DNA from: Mustelus asterias
Taxonomy: Eukaryota
Assembly: GCF_964213995.1 (NCBI RefSeq)
Contig: NC_135810.1
Coordinates: 67,952,001-68,016,000 of the forward strand
Length of the DNA: 64,000 bases
Direction: 5' to 3'
A program made the translations under genes and the position numbers. Below the pieces are notes generated by a model. The model was given only the letters and a program-made list of their open reading frames with translations, did no database searches and was not told the DNA's origin. Shown piece after piece: positions 1 to 12,462 of the stretch; position 1 is the first letter of the stretch; each line of letters opens with the position of its first letter.

Positions 1-1185
1 TGTTTCTTAAATTTTTCCCAATCACTTGTTTCTCCACTATTTTTGGCCGCTCTGTACGCAGCTGTTTTTATTTTAATACTCTCCTTTATTTCCTTCGTTA
101 TCCACGGCTGGTTCTCCCTTTTCTTACAATCCTTGTTTTTTGCCGGAATATATTTTTGCTGAGAACTGAAAAGGATCTCCTTAAAAATCCTCCACTGTTC
201 CTCAGCTATCCTACCTGCCAGCCTGCTCTCCCAGTCTACCTTAGCCAATTCATCCCTCATCCTATCATATTTCCCTCTGTTCAAACAGAGGACACTGGTT
301 TGAGACCAAACTTTCTCCTCTTCCATCTGAATCAGAAATTCGACCATATTGTGGTCACTAGACCCAAGAGGGTCCTTCACAATAAGATCCTTAATTCTAC
401 CTACCTCGTTACACAATACCAGATCCAAAATAGCTCGTTCCCTCGTCGGTTCCGTAACATGCTGTTCAAGGAAACTATCCCGACAGCATTCTAAGAACTC
501 TTCCTCCATTCCACCCTTACCGACTTGAGTCCGCCAGTCAATGTGCATGTTGAAGTCCCCCATGATTATTGCCGTTCCGTTTTTACACGCATCCCTTATC
601 TGCTTGTTTATAGCCCTCCCTACCTCAACATTATTATTCGGGGGCCTATATACCACACCTACTAGTGTCTTTCTCCCTCTACTATTCCTCATCTCTACCC
701 ATAACGATTCCACGTTTTGTTCCTCAGAGCCTATGTCATCCCTCAGTACTACCCTGATATTATCTCTTATTAATAGCGCGACCCCACCATCTTTTCCTTC
801 CTGTCTATTCTTCCTAAACGCCTGATACCCCTGGATATTCATCTCCCAGTCCTGGTCACCTTTCAGCCACGTTTCTGTAATGGCCACTAGATCGTACCCA
901 CTTGTGCTGATTTGCACCATCAACTCATTCACCTTGTTCCGAATGCTTCGTGCATTCAGACAAAGTGTCCTTATTCCAGCTTTTATCTGAACCCGCTTTG
1001 ATGAGTCGCGAACACCGTCTCCCTCTACTCCCTTATCTAAATTACCGCCTTCATTCACTTGCACCCTCTCCTCTACCATTAATTTTGTAATTCCCCTTAC
1101 CCCTGCATCCTCCCCCCCATCAATTAGTTCCTTGATCCTAGTCAACTCTTCTAGCTCCCCTCCGCCCAACCTATCTAGTTTAAAT
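1..1185 (-). mobile_element. CR1-clade LINE, ORF2 N-terminal AP-endonuclease domain; frame open to the window edge
   Basis: Manual translation of the minus strand gives LCLNARSIRNKVNEL..YDLVAITETWL..GGVALLIR..VGVVYRPP..IIMGDFN..ILDLVLCNE..LGSSDHNMVEF..PWITKEIK with no stop from ~990 to base 1. It is absent from the ORF track, presumably because it runs off the edge. Confidence 0.93.
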
Positions 1186-1286
1186 TCTCACAAGTGACAT
1201 CTCCACTGTCCTATAACTGGGTGGGACTGCACTCACCTGGTTCCATTCTTAACGATTCAGTTTTAGCAGAATATCATTATGGCTTC

Positions 1287-2116
1287 TGTTATGGTTGAGG
1301 TCAGAAACTCCAGAGTGTTTTATGAAGCCCGCCTGGATCATACATTTGCACTGTGAATTTGGATAGGATAAGCATGATATGGTTCATCTCAGGTATGATT
1401 CAAATGGCCCACTAGGGAGCTTTTATCAAACAAAGTTTATTTAAGAATATAGTTAACATGTATGGAAAGAAAATTAGCAATAGCTTTTATCAATTACAAA
1501 CAAAAACAAAACAACCACAATAATGTATAACCCTTAACAAATATATCTAAGATGTTCCAATCAAACCAAAACTTCCTTTAGAGTAAATCATTTCACAGCT
1601 TTAACACAGCAAAGATTAATGCTCATGCAATACTGAAACTGAGTCCTTTGGATGAATGCTGCAGTTCTGTTGATACACTCAGAACCGATTGAAGTCAGAA
1701 CAGCTTTCCAGAACACCAGGTCAAGCCACCAACAGCAGAGTTTCTACTCCTGGAAGGCTTTCAGCTAATCAGCAGAATTTCCCAAACCAGGGAGGGGGAG
1801 AGAGAGAGTCACTGCTTTCAGTCTGATGTCCACTCCCTTCTAGAACCAAAATCTGCAGCTCAGAACTGAAAATGAAAGAGCTTCTGTCACCTGACCTGCA
1901 AATACTCTTCCTCCTGACAATGCAGGGTCACAAAACTAATTACCAAAGCAAAATTAAACAACCCCCATTTAAACCACTCAAGGAGCAATAAAAGGAATCC
2001 CTGTAGAATCCTCCACAGCTCAGCAACAATGACATCAGATAAGACTGTGAGCATGATTTTTTTAAAAATCTCTTAAAGGTACACTAACGAACAATTCTCT
2101 TCCTGCAGCCATAACA
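1287..2116 (-). mobile_element. Probable solo LTR (Gypsy-like)
   Basis: Termini TGTTATGG...CCATAACA form an 8-bp inverted repeat. AATAAA lies on the minus strand at ~1436-1441. No clear TSD. Confidence 0.55.
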
Positions 2117-2286
2117 CCCACAGCTGGAGCTCCCCAAGAATCCAGCCTGTGCCTCCTCCTATTTCTCATCTAAATGCTGCCACTTGGCAACAGCATCAGA
2201 AAACACATCAGCTTTTATATGTATGCTTAAATAATCGCAACACCCATCATCATTCCCTCACCATCATCTCTCTAATCACAGAATAT

Positions 2287-2560
2287 TTATAATGCAGAAG
2301 GAGGCCATTTGGTCCATTGAGCCTGAACTGGCTCCCTGAAAGAGCATTCTTCCTCATCCCACTCCCCTGTCTTATCCCTGTAACCTTGCACATTCTTTCT
2401 TTTCAGATAGCAATTCAATTCCCTTTTGATTACCTCGATGGAGCCCACCTTCACCATCCTCTCAGGAAATTTATTCTCGACTCCAACAAACCTCCCGGTG
2501 AAAATATTTTCCCCCACATCACTTTTACTGATTTTGCCAACTCTTTTGAATCTCTGCCCT
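2287..2560 (-). mobile_element. CR1 3'-end fragment, degenerate
   Basis: The minus-strand ORF resembles RGQRFK..NIFT.R.V.. and is followed by the CR1 3' UTR hairpin region (aatggcctccttctg). Confidence 0.7.
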
Positions 2561-2869
2561 CTTGGGTCTTGGGTCACCCTCATGCTGTATGGTTTTGGAA
2601 GAGTGATTCATTTTCTTGCTGGTGATGGGGAGAGTACCCCTCAGCGGAGGGGGGGTTGCCTTTTCCATTGTGGAGGTGAAGAGGCCCTGTGTCTGTGTGC
2701 TGAGATCAGGATGCACTTTAAAAGTGGCACCCCAATCTCAGAAAAGCCGGACTGGCTGTCATGTTTTCCAAGATGCATTAATTTGCATTGATCAGGTGGG
2801 TGAATCCCACCTGCCAGGCGCTGCTAATGCCAGCGGGAAACACTTGTACAATTTTGGTTACCTTATTTG

Positions 2870-3370
2870 AAAAAATATATCATTGCTTTAGAAGCAGTTC
2901 AGAAAAGATTCATTGGATTCATTCCTGAGATAACTGCCCTATCTTATGAAGAAAGTTTGAACAGATCAGGCCTATATGTGTTGGAGTTTAGAAGAATGAG
3001 AGCTGATCTTATTGAAACATAAGATTCTGAGGGTTGTTAGGGTTGATACCATGCAAATGTTTCCCTTGTGAGAGAAACTAGAACTTGGGGATACGGTTTA
3101 AATAAAGGAGGTCTCCCTTTTATGATGGTAATTATTTTTCTCTCAAAATATCATTAATATGTGAAATCCTCTTCCCCATAAAGCAGGGAAGGCTGCGCCA
3201 TTGAATTTATTCAAGCTAAGTTAAACAGATTTTTGATAGACGAGGGAGTCAAGGGTTGTGGGGGGTGGGGGGAAGACAGGAAAGTGGAGTTGAGAACATA
3301 ACCAGATCAGCCATGATCTCATTAAATGGTGACTGAATGGTCTACTCCTGCTCCTAAGTGTTATGTTCCT
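2870..3370 (+). mobile_element. CR1 3'-end fragment
   Basis: LEAVQKRFIGFIPE..LEFRRMRADLIET motif and the 3' UTR gatcagccatgatctcattaaatgg..ctactcctgctcct. Confidence 0.85.
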
Positions 3371-3530
3371 ATCCCCAATTTTAATTGCTTCCCTATTAAC
3401 AGCCATATCTTCAACAGGTCTTAAGCTGTAGAATTCTCTTGCTAAGCCTCTCTATATCTCTTTCATCCTTTACCATACTCCTTCTTTGACCAAGTTTATC
3501 ATCAACTGTCTTGATATGTTCTGTGACTCA

Positions 3531-3653
3531 AGCCAGAATTTTCCGGTCTCGCACACCCCGCTACTGCTGCTAGTGAGAATCGAGAATTTGGCAAGTTCCA
3601 AGCAGTGGGACCAGACAATCCCAGCCTCGTGTGTGTAGTTGGAGAATTTGGGC
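3531..3653. mobile_element. Short Harbinger-type MITE
   Basis: Terminal inverted repeats gccagaattttcc / ggagaatttgggc, similar to the other Harbinger termini in this window. Confidence 0.5.
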
Positions 3654-5067
3654 CTCAGTGCTTGATAGTACTTGGGTAAAGTGCCTTGGGAGACTTGACC
3701 TCACTGAGGCACTATATAAATGCATGCTGTTGTTGCTTCAACTTCAAATGTCTAATTAATTTACGACACCAGCATATCATAGCAAACAAAATTCTGTAAT
3801 AAGAGTCATATTCAAATTAAATTGCTACCACATTCTGTAGTAGGATGCTGCGGTTAGTTCTATGACTTTTGTTAAAAAATAAGCCCTGACTTTAAATCAA
3901 CACAGAAATCGGATGTGAGGGCTGAAGCAGGAGTGTTAGACCCAGGTCAAATCAAATCAAATCAGGAGAGGCATAGTGAGCTATTAACTTTTAAATTTTA
4001 ACTTTTATATTTCCTCATACCAACTCCCAGTGACATTGAAGCTGCAAGGCCGGAGTGGAAAATTGTGAAGGTGCTCACTGCTAGTGCCAAAGATCTCCAG
4101 CAACTTAAGTGATCAAGAGAGGAAATCTGGGCCAATTGATCATGGGAGGATGTCTGGGTCAGTTGTGGCTAGAGGAGGGGAAATATGTTACAGAGGTTTC
4201 TCCAGGTTCCTTGTTAGATTTGTGGGGGCAATCCTGCTTTCCTTGGGCTTCAAAGAAGCTCTCAGAAATGTAGCACTGTACATACTTCGGCCTCTTCAGG
4301 CTCAATGCTGCTTGTGATGCTGATTGCTTGGACACTGTGCAATTCACATATCCCTAGGATATGTGTGAGACTCCAAACAATGGTATCGGATCGTGGCATT
4401 TTGATATTTGAGGCTCACACCTGGCTGCAGTAAGTGGTCTTTAAGCTTCCAAAATCTCAGAAGTTAAAATGTAAAAAAAGTGTGAGAAAACTGTAGTTCA
4501 TTTTATCTACCCCAGCTACACATCAGCCTACATTGGATGAATGTTACTGTGAACACTCAGCCATCACAGGAGAAGCTGAAGGAGTGAGAGCTGAAGTGGA
4601 ATGACGCTGTGCTGGCGAAGCTTAGTCACTGCTCTGCTGTTCTAAAGTAAATACACCAGGATTCCTGAAGAAGCGTTTCAAAACTAAAATTGAATGCCTC
4701 TGTATAAAATATGCTTTTCAAGCCAATAATACAAGCTGAAATTAACTCTCACTTTGTACAGGTCAATCCACCAAACCTCACAGCATTGATTTTATGGATC
4801 TACATTGAAACATAGCATTTGTTCGCAGAAATGTGAGAGGAAGTTTTCAGCATCCTCTCTTTTATATTTCTGTCACTAAAAACTATCTATGAATAAACCT
4901 AAAAACATGCGTTCATCATTGAACAAATTATTTTCCTTTATTTATTAATTCCTGTTTTACTATTTCAAAGGTTTTTGATTCTGTGATACCAGTATTCTTC
5001 AATTGCAGACTTATTGAATTTGGTTTGTGAGGAGGATCATTTACTTCCCCAGTCTGGTACTAATGGA

Positions 5068-5368
5068 TAGAACATTACAGCGCAGTACAGGCCCTTCGGC
5101 CCTCGATGTTGCGCCGACCAGTGGAACCAATCTAAAGCCCCTTTAATCTACACTATTCCAATATCATCCATATATTTATCCAATAACCATTTGAATGCTC
5201 TTAATGTTGACGAGTCCACTACTGCTGCAGGAAGGGCATTCCACGCCCTTACTACTCTCTGAGTAAAGAACCTATCTCTAACATCTGTCCTATATCTCTC
5301 ACCCCTCAATTTAAAGCTATGTTCCCTCGTGCTAGCCATCACTATCCGAGGAAAAAGGCTCTCACTAT
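5068..5368 (-). mobile_element. CR1 3'-end fragment
   Basis: ORF 5148-5342 TREHSFKLRGERYRTDVRDRFFTQRVVRAWNALP, plus the 3' UTR gagggccgaagggcctgtactgcgctgtaatgttct. Confidence 0.92.
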
Positions 5369-6110
5369 CCAGAATGAGAATGCTGATCCTTTACCACTAC
5401 TGCTACTAGTTATAACAAAATTTCCCCCTGCTCCCCCCGCCCCTAAGTTTCTGAAACACCTTGTCCCACAGGGCCGCTCCTGGTTGGTCCAATTCTTTAC
5501 AAGGGTCACATGTGAGGCAAGAGTGTCAAAATCTTGGCCTCCCAAAATCAGGCTAAGACTCAAAATGACCGTCAAACCACTGGCCACTATCCCTGCTATC
5601 AGTCTGCTTCACAGTATTAGTGCATCTAATCCTACAGTGTGGATCAAGCCAGAAGTGGAGAGCATCCTGAATGTGGCCCAAGCAGACTTTCAACAAGGAA
5701 GAAGCAAATGTGTTCAGAACAACTTTCATTGAAAATGGCTTTCAAAAGAATCTCAAAACAGGGGTAATTTTCTTTGACCTCCAGCAGCATATGATACAAT
5801 TTGGCACAATGGCCCATTTGTCAAAATATCAAGAGTTCTCCCTCCCTGGTTTATTGATGCCATTGAACAGCTACTCCAGAACAGATGGTTCAGCATGCAT
5901 ATGGGTGACAAGACGAGCATCTGGACGAAATAGATGAATCGGCAATCCCAGGGATTTGTTTTAGCCCCACCCCATTCAACAAGTACACCAATGACCTACC
6001 CCAACTTGGTCCCGGAAGTTTTACTATGCAGATTACCTCTTCTGTGGCTTAGAAACTCAGACTTACCCTGAGTTGGAAGACACATTAGATTGCAAAGCTG
6101 TTCAACTACT

Positions 6111-7755
6111 ATAAACACAGTAAGAAGTCCAACAGGTTTATCTGGCAGCACAAGCTTTCGGAGTCTCGCTCTTTCACCAGGTGAGTGAGGACTTGTGTTC
6201 ACAAACAGGGCATATACAGACACAAACTCAATTTACAAGATAATGGTTGGAATGCGAGTCTTTACAGGTAATCAAGTCTTAAAGGTACAGATAATGTGAG
6301 TGGAGAGAGGGCCAAGCCCAAGTTAAAGAGGTGTGCATTGTCTCCAGCCAGGACAGTTAGTGAGATTTTGCAAGGCGAACAATCACTGAAACAACAATAT
6401 GACGACATCAACAAGTTCCATTCCACCATCAGACTCATCATGGACTACTCTCCGGAATCAGTTGCATTCTTGGACACACGCATCTCCATCAAGGAAGGTC
6501 ACCTCAGCACTTCACTGTACTGCAAGCCCACTTATAACCTCACGATGCTCCACTTCTCCAGCTTCCACCCTAAACACGTTAAAGAAGCCATCCCCTACGG
6601 ACAAGTCCTCCATATACACAGGATCTGCTCAGATGAGGAGGATCACAACAGACACCTACAGATGCTAAAAGACGCCCACATAAGAACAGGATATGGCACG
6701 CGACTCATCGATCGACAGTTCCGACGTGCCACAGCGAAAAACCGCACTGACCTCCTCAGAAGACAAACACGAGACATGGCGGACAGAATACCTTCGTCGT
6801 CCAGTACTTCCCCGGAGCGGAGAAGCTATGACTTCTTCTCTGGAGCCTTCAACAGGTCATCGATGAAGACGATCATCTCGCCAAGGCCATCCCCACACCC
6901 CCACTGTTTGCCTTCAAACAACTGCACAACCTCAAACAGACCATTGTCTGCAGCAAACTGTCCAGCCTTCAGGAGAACAGTGACCACGACACCACACAAC
7001 CCTGCCACAGCAACCTCTGCAAGACATGCCGGATCATCGATATGGATGCCATCATCTCACATGAGAACACCATCCACCAGGTACACGGTACATACTCTTG
7101 CGATTTGGCCAACATTGTCCACCTGATACGCTGCAGGAAAAGATGTCCCGAGGCATGGTACATTGGGGAGACCATGCAGACGCTACGACAATGGATGAAT
7201 GAACACCGCTCGACAATCACTAGGCAGGAGTGTTCCCTTCCAGTCGGGGAACAGTTCAGCAGTCACGGGCATTCAGCCTCTGATCTTTGGGTAAGCGTTC
7301 TCCAAGGCGGCCTTCACGACACACGACAGCGCAGAATCACTGAGCAGAAACTGATAGCCAAGTTCCGCACACATGAGGACGGCCTCAATCGGGATCTTGG
7401 GTTCGTGTCACACTATCTGTAACCCCCACGACTTGCCTGGGCTTGCAAAATCTCACTAACTGTCTTGGCTGGAGACAGTACACACCTCTTTAACTTGTGC
7501 TTGGCCCTCTCTTCACTCACATTGTCTGTACCTTTAAGACTTGATTACCTGTAAAGGCTCACATTCCAACCATTATCTTTCAAATTGAGTTCGTGTCTGT
7601 ATATGCCCTGTTTCTGAACACAAGTCCTCACTCACCTGATGAAGGAGTGAGACTCCGAAAGCTTGTGCTGCCAAATAAACCTGTTGGGCTTTAACCTGTT
7701 GTTGTGAGACTTCTTACTGTGCTTACCCCAGTCCAACCCTGGCATTTCCACATCA
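6111..7755 (+). mobile_element. Penelope-like element (Neptune-type), 5'-truncated, with inverted pLTRs
   Basis: RT C-terminus (FLDTRISI..LYCKPT..FHPKHVKEAIPYGQ..RICS), a Cys cluster (PCHSNLCKTC) and GIY-YIG (NIVHLIRC..YIGET..L..MNEH). 6115-6374 is an inverted copy of ~7442-7722. The element is flanked by the duplication CAACTACT (6103-6110 / 7756-7763). Confidence 0.93.
7633..7667 (+). ncRNA. Minimal type I hammerhead ribozyme in the Penelope pLTR
   Basis: CAC-CTGATGA-aGGAG-tgaga-CTCC-GAA-AGCT-T-GTG: intact core boxes, 4-bp stem II, palindromic AGCT stem III and CAC/GTG stem I. Confidence 0.8.
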
Positions 7756-8342
7756 CAACTACTGTAAGACATGGTACTGAAAACTGAGCACCAGTACAAA
7801 AGTGTTTCGCACATTCCACCTTCACATTGGCAACTCTAAGAGGGATCTGAACCTCACCCTAAGCCAGAGGCTGAAACAGAATTCCCAACCCTGTTATCTG
7901 GGCATCACCCTTGACAGAACCCTTGCATACAGACACCACCTCATCAAGACTGTTGTAAAAACTAAAACCACAACAGCCACCTCAGTAATCCCTCATGGGG
8001 ATCACAAGCCAAGACCTTAAGAACCTTCTTGCCATCATGTACTCGACAGCAGAATACTGCCCACTGGAATGGTACCAATCTGCCCACACCAAACTTATTG
8101 GTGTGAAATTCAGCTCAACAATGCACATCATCACAGGTACTCTACAAGCAACTCACCTCCGCTGGCTCCCAGAAGAGGTGAAGAAAAAGGCCATATTGAA
8201 ATATATTTAACTGCTTTCTTCTTGTAAAGTGTGTATCTGGGGCATTGTTTACTTCTTTCTAAAAGGGGCCCAGCAAACCATATGGTTGGGCGCTGCTTTG
8301 CTTAACTTTGTGGCTGGTTAAATGTTTTTTTATTCATTTGTT

Positions 8343-8582
8343 GGAATGCACAAAGAAACCACAACACAACAATCATGCAGCCACCACCACGAAAATCAAG
8401 ATCAGTGCTCCACCTGAACGTAAATATTCTGTCTAGACTGGAGGTTCCATCTTGGCTTCCCTGTCCGCCTTCCAGCAGATGTGGATCAGCAAGAAAGGAA
8501 AACAATGAATCTGGGTCATCCATTGTGCACTGCAAATGCTTCCAAATGGACTGCAAGCAGATGCATACCGTTTGCTGCATAA
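8343..8582 (+). pseudogene. ACTG1: Processed pseudogene fragment of cytoplasmic actin (gamma-type 3' UTR)
   Basis: [51 protein letters not shown] matches the actin C-terminus, with an in-frame stop and a frameshift. It is followed by ggactgcaagcagatgcataccgtttgctgcat, like the vertebrate ACTG1 3' UTR. There is no intron at the KIK/II site. Confidence 0.88.
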
Positions 8583-8624
8583 CTTTGAAAAGGAAGAGCA
8601 ATTTTTGCTGGCCAGCTAGTTGCC

Positions 8625-8915
8625 CAAGGAAAGTTGAGAGTCAACCACATTGCTGTGACACTGGAGCCACATGTTAGCCAAACCAGGTAAGGACAGCAGA
8701 TTTCCTTCCCTAAAGGACATTTGTGAACCAGATGGATTTTTCCGATAATCGACAATGGTTTCATGGTCATCGGTAGATTCTTAATTCCCGATATTTTTTT
8801 TATTGAATTCAAATTCCACCATCTGCTGTGGTGGGATTCAAACCCGGGTCCCCTAAACATCAGATGAGTTTCTGGATTAATAGTCTAGCGATAATACCAT
8901 GTGGCCATCACCTCC
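8625..8915 (-). mobile_element. tRNA-derived SINE, second family
   Basis: B-box gggtttgaatcccacca on the minus strand. The body is homologous to the copy at 31580-31932. Confidence 0.8.
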
Positions 8916-10265
8916 CCACCCCAAGTAAGGTGGACATCAGTATTTCTCATGGCAAGGACACCTGGAAGTGGCTTGTGAATGAAGGAATCTACCATTCACC
9001 CTACACATTTTGGAATGTTCTGTGAAAGATATCTACAACAGATGTGATACCAGCATCACTGCCAGAATTGTGGCTAGCATAATTAAGGACCAATTTACTT
9101 TGAACCATACCATTTATTTTAATTTTCTTGTTGAGTACTAAGTTTATGAAAAATTGTATTATGAAACAGAAACAAAGGAGACTCATGATAAATTCTGGGT
9201 TCATAATTCAGTAAAGAACCAAACTGAACACAAAATATACAAGGGAGAATTGATAAAGGATAAGAGAGAGGTAAAGAGAGCTTGTATTTTAGTGAAGAAC
9301 ATAAAAAGGACTCAAAAGTCTTTTGTAAGCATATAAATAGTGCAAGAGTAGTCAAGGGCAATTAGGGATGAGCAACAAAAGCTGACTGAGCCATGAAAGA
9401 ATAAAATAAAGAAATTGGATAGGATAAAAATAGATAAAGAAGAGGTGCTTAAAAGCTTGAAAATGCTCAAATTAGAAAAGTCATCCAGTCTAGATGGGCT
9501 GTAATTCAGAGTTGCTGAGGAAAGTAGGGGTCGAAATTAGGCTCCAACCTTCCTTAGTTATGGGAATGCTCCTAGAGGACTGGAGGATTGCAAATGTTAC
9601 TCTCCTGTTCAAAAAAAAGTACAAAAATAAATTCAGCAATTACAGGCCATGCATCTAATGTTGTTGGTGGGAGAGCTTATAGAGATATTAATCTGGAACC
9701 AAATTAATTATTGCTTAGAAATAAAAATGAGTTAATAAATGAAAGCGAGCACAGATTTTTAAAACAAAATTAAGCCTGACAAATTTTTTGATGAAGTAAT
9801 GGAGTTACTGAAGATAATGTTATTGATGTTGTGTACATTGACTTTCAGAAAGCGTTTAAGATACCACAAGATTGACTTTTTAACAGTATTAAGGCCCATG
9901 GGATTAAAAAGGTAGTGACTGTTTCAATATGGAATTGGCTAACAGAAAGAAAGCAATAAGTACTAATGAACTGTTATTTTTCAGACTGAGGAATATACAG
10001 TGGTTCCCTCAAGGATCAGGGTGGGATCACTATTCTTTTGGATTTATATTGAAAGGTCTGGACTTCGGTACACAAGAAAGAGCTTGCAGATGAGCCAAAA
10101 CTAGGAAATGTAGTGGACAGTGAGGGAGATAGTAACAAAATTCAGGTTGAGATCACAAAATGGGCAAATGTGGCAGGTGACATTTAAAACAGAGAAGTGT
10201 GATATGATTAATTTTGGTAGAAATAATTTGAAAGGGAGTGTAAGAACAGAGTGACCTGTACATAT

Positions 10266-10822
10266 TGTGATATCGTAAGGGGTCAGGTGATGATATAGGT
10301 GGGGTTTAGAGACTCAAACTAGGCAACCTGAAGACCAAATCATGTTAATAAACAATTTATTGATTGACACATATGAAGGCACATAGCCAAATTCATAGTC
10401 GTGTAAATGGAAAACGATTCAAATTACCCATGCAGGTTCTTGTACAGTCCGTAGTTAGGTTCCAAAGTGGTTTCATTGTCCAGTTCTGGTTGTAATCCAC
10501 AAAGCACACGGCAAATTGCACACAGCGAGTAAGCCACACACAAATCCAACACCTTCCTCGCTTTCACCTTTTGCTATTGCTCCGTGATCTACCTATGTAG
10601 TCTATCTAAGGATTTGCAGTTGAACCTCATCTCCAAGATTTAAATGGAAGTGTTTCCAGGTTGAAGGTCACCAGTTCCTTCTGGGATTGCTGGCAACCAT
10701 CTTCTGTGAGGCCTGGCTGTACTCGGCAGCCAGGTTGAGTGAGGGCCCGATGTGATCTGGAATTGAAGGACTGAGTATTGGAAATACCACCTCTCCAGCA
10801 CCTGGCCCCTTGTGACGTTACA
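10266..10822. mobile_element. TG...CA element (solo LTR or Ginger-like) with ~24-bp imperfect terminal inverted repeats and a 4-bp TSD
   Basis: Left end tgtgatatcgtaaggggtcaggtg versus the reverse complement of the right end tgtaacgtcacaaggggccaggtg. ATAT lies on both flanks, and the CR1 resumes on each side. Confidence 0.75.
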
Positions 10823-10915
10823 ATATGATTGCACAAGTATTTGAATGTGACAGGACAAGTTGAGACGGCTGTGAAAAAAAACATACAGCTTCCTTTGCTT
10901 TGCAAACAGAGATCT

Positions 10916-12462
10916 AGGGCTGAATGTTTATTGACCTAACCTGCCAGGAACAGAGAAGTCCAAACATTGCAGGGAACCCAGATATTAGGGTTCTCCCCAT
11001 TCACAAAGTGCATGAAGTTCAATCAGTTCCCTACTTGGAAGCCAAGCCATATTGACAGCTTTGATTCCATGGGAATGAAAAGTCAGCCTGTGAATGTCGC
11101 AGGACCAGCCAACTGCGTGCTGAGTGACGATTTCAGAGTTGATCAATTGTACTGGTTTTAATTTGAGGGGGAGGGGTGTCAATCCTTGTGGGAAGAGGCA
11201 AGAGGTGGGTCAATCTTATGGGTAGAGAGGGAGATCAATTGGAGGAGGAATTGGCGGAATCTGGTGGACTGCTGATTCTGAGTTCTGAGGTGTTGTGATA
11301 CATCGGGAGCAAATCAGAGGCCTGAGATAAAGGGTCAGAGGGGATAGATTGTGAGGTTTGCAGTGGGGTCAGAGGCCTGGCAGGTGGTGGGGCGGTTGGG
11401 GGCTTGGGGGGAAAACAGAGCGCTGGCAGGAGGAGGCATCAGGGACCAGGGAAAGAAGTGGAGGCCTGGTAAAGATCAACTGGAGGCCTGCAGGCCTAGT
11501 AAGTGATGTGATCAGAGGTCTGTGGAAGGGGGAGGGGTGAGATTGGAGGGCTCCTGGGAAAGGATGAGGGTCGGTGGTAGTGCCTGAGGGCAGGGTTCCA
11601 CAGGCAAATATATTGGATCCTATAGATAGGCGTCACCATCAGGATCCACCAAGCTTTCCAAAGGCTCCAGGAACCCAGCCATGCATAGTTAAAATTGAAA
11701 AACTAAATGGCAATGAGGTCCAAAGCCTCATTATCATATTAAATGTGTCAACATGGTCCCCTTATTTGCGGAAGGATATATTAGCCTTGGAGGGAGTACA
11801 GAAAAGGTTCACCAGGTTGATACCGGAGATGAGGGGGTTAGCTTATAAGGAGAGATTGAGTAGATTGGGCCTGTACTCATTGGAGTTTAGAAGGCCAAGG
11901 GGAGATCTTATAGAGACATATAAGATAATGAAGGGGCTAGACAGGGTAGAGGCAGAGAGATTCTTTCCACTTAGAAAGGAAACAAGAACTAGAGGACACA
12001 GTCTCAAAATAAGGGGGAGTCAGTTTAGAACAGAGTTGAGGAGGAACTTCTTTCAGAGGGTAGTGAATCTCTGGAATTCCCTGCCCATTGAAGCAGTGGA
12101 GGCTACCTCGTTAAATATGTTTAAGTCACAGGTAGATAGATTTCTGATCAATAAGGGAATTAAGGGTCATGGGGAGCGAGCGGGTAAGTGGAACTAAACC
12201 ACTATCAGATCAGCCATGATCTTATTGAATGGTGGGGCAGGCTCGAGGGGCTAGATGGCCTACTCCTGCTCCTATTTCTTATGTTCTTATGTTCTTATAA
12301 CATGCCTCCTTGGAAGTGGGTAGCTGCCCATCCACCTTGTGAACTCAATTAAAGATGGAAGTGAGTGGATTAGAGGTAAGTTTGGTTCGGGAATCGCTTT
12401 TTAAGACTTTAACCCTGCTTCCAACTCAAACTCGCCTATTTTGCTTCAGTTAATATTACTCC
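10916..12462. mobile_element. Harbinger-type non-autonomous element, interrupted by CR1 11750-12298
   Basis: Starts gggctgaatgttta, has a G-rich interior and ends ..taatattactccc. The host CR1 resumes after it. Confidence 0.55.
11750..12298 (+). mobile_element. Young CR1 3' fragment
   Basis: WSPYLRKDILALEGVQKRFTRLIPEM..TRGHSLKIRG..RVVNLWNSLP, with tail (ttcttatg)n. Confidence 0.95.

Larger units (their letters stand above)
2125..3735 (+). mobile_element. Old L2-like LINE remnant split by later insertions
   Basis: 2125-2230 resembles GVPQGSILGPLLFLIYMLPLG..H.YAD. 3675-3735 resembles the L2 3' tail (gtaaagtgccttggga..gcactatataaatgca..tgttgttg). Confidence 0.55.
5405..8170 (+). mobile_element. 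Vingi/Ingi-like LINE RT remnant, interrupted by a Penelope element at 6111-7755
   Basis: Frameshifted motifs KFLKHL, AISLL, QADFQQGRS, GVIFFDL..AYDTIWH, QGFVLAP..FNKYTNDLP..RKFYYADY. After the insertion it resumes with FHLH..YLGITLDRTLAYRHHL..YSTAEYC..SAHT..ITGTL..LRWLP. Confidence 0.75.
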
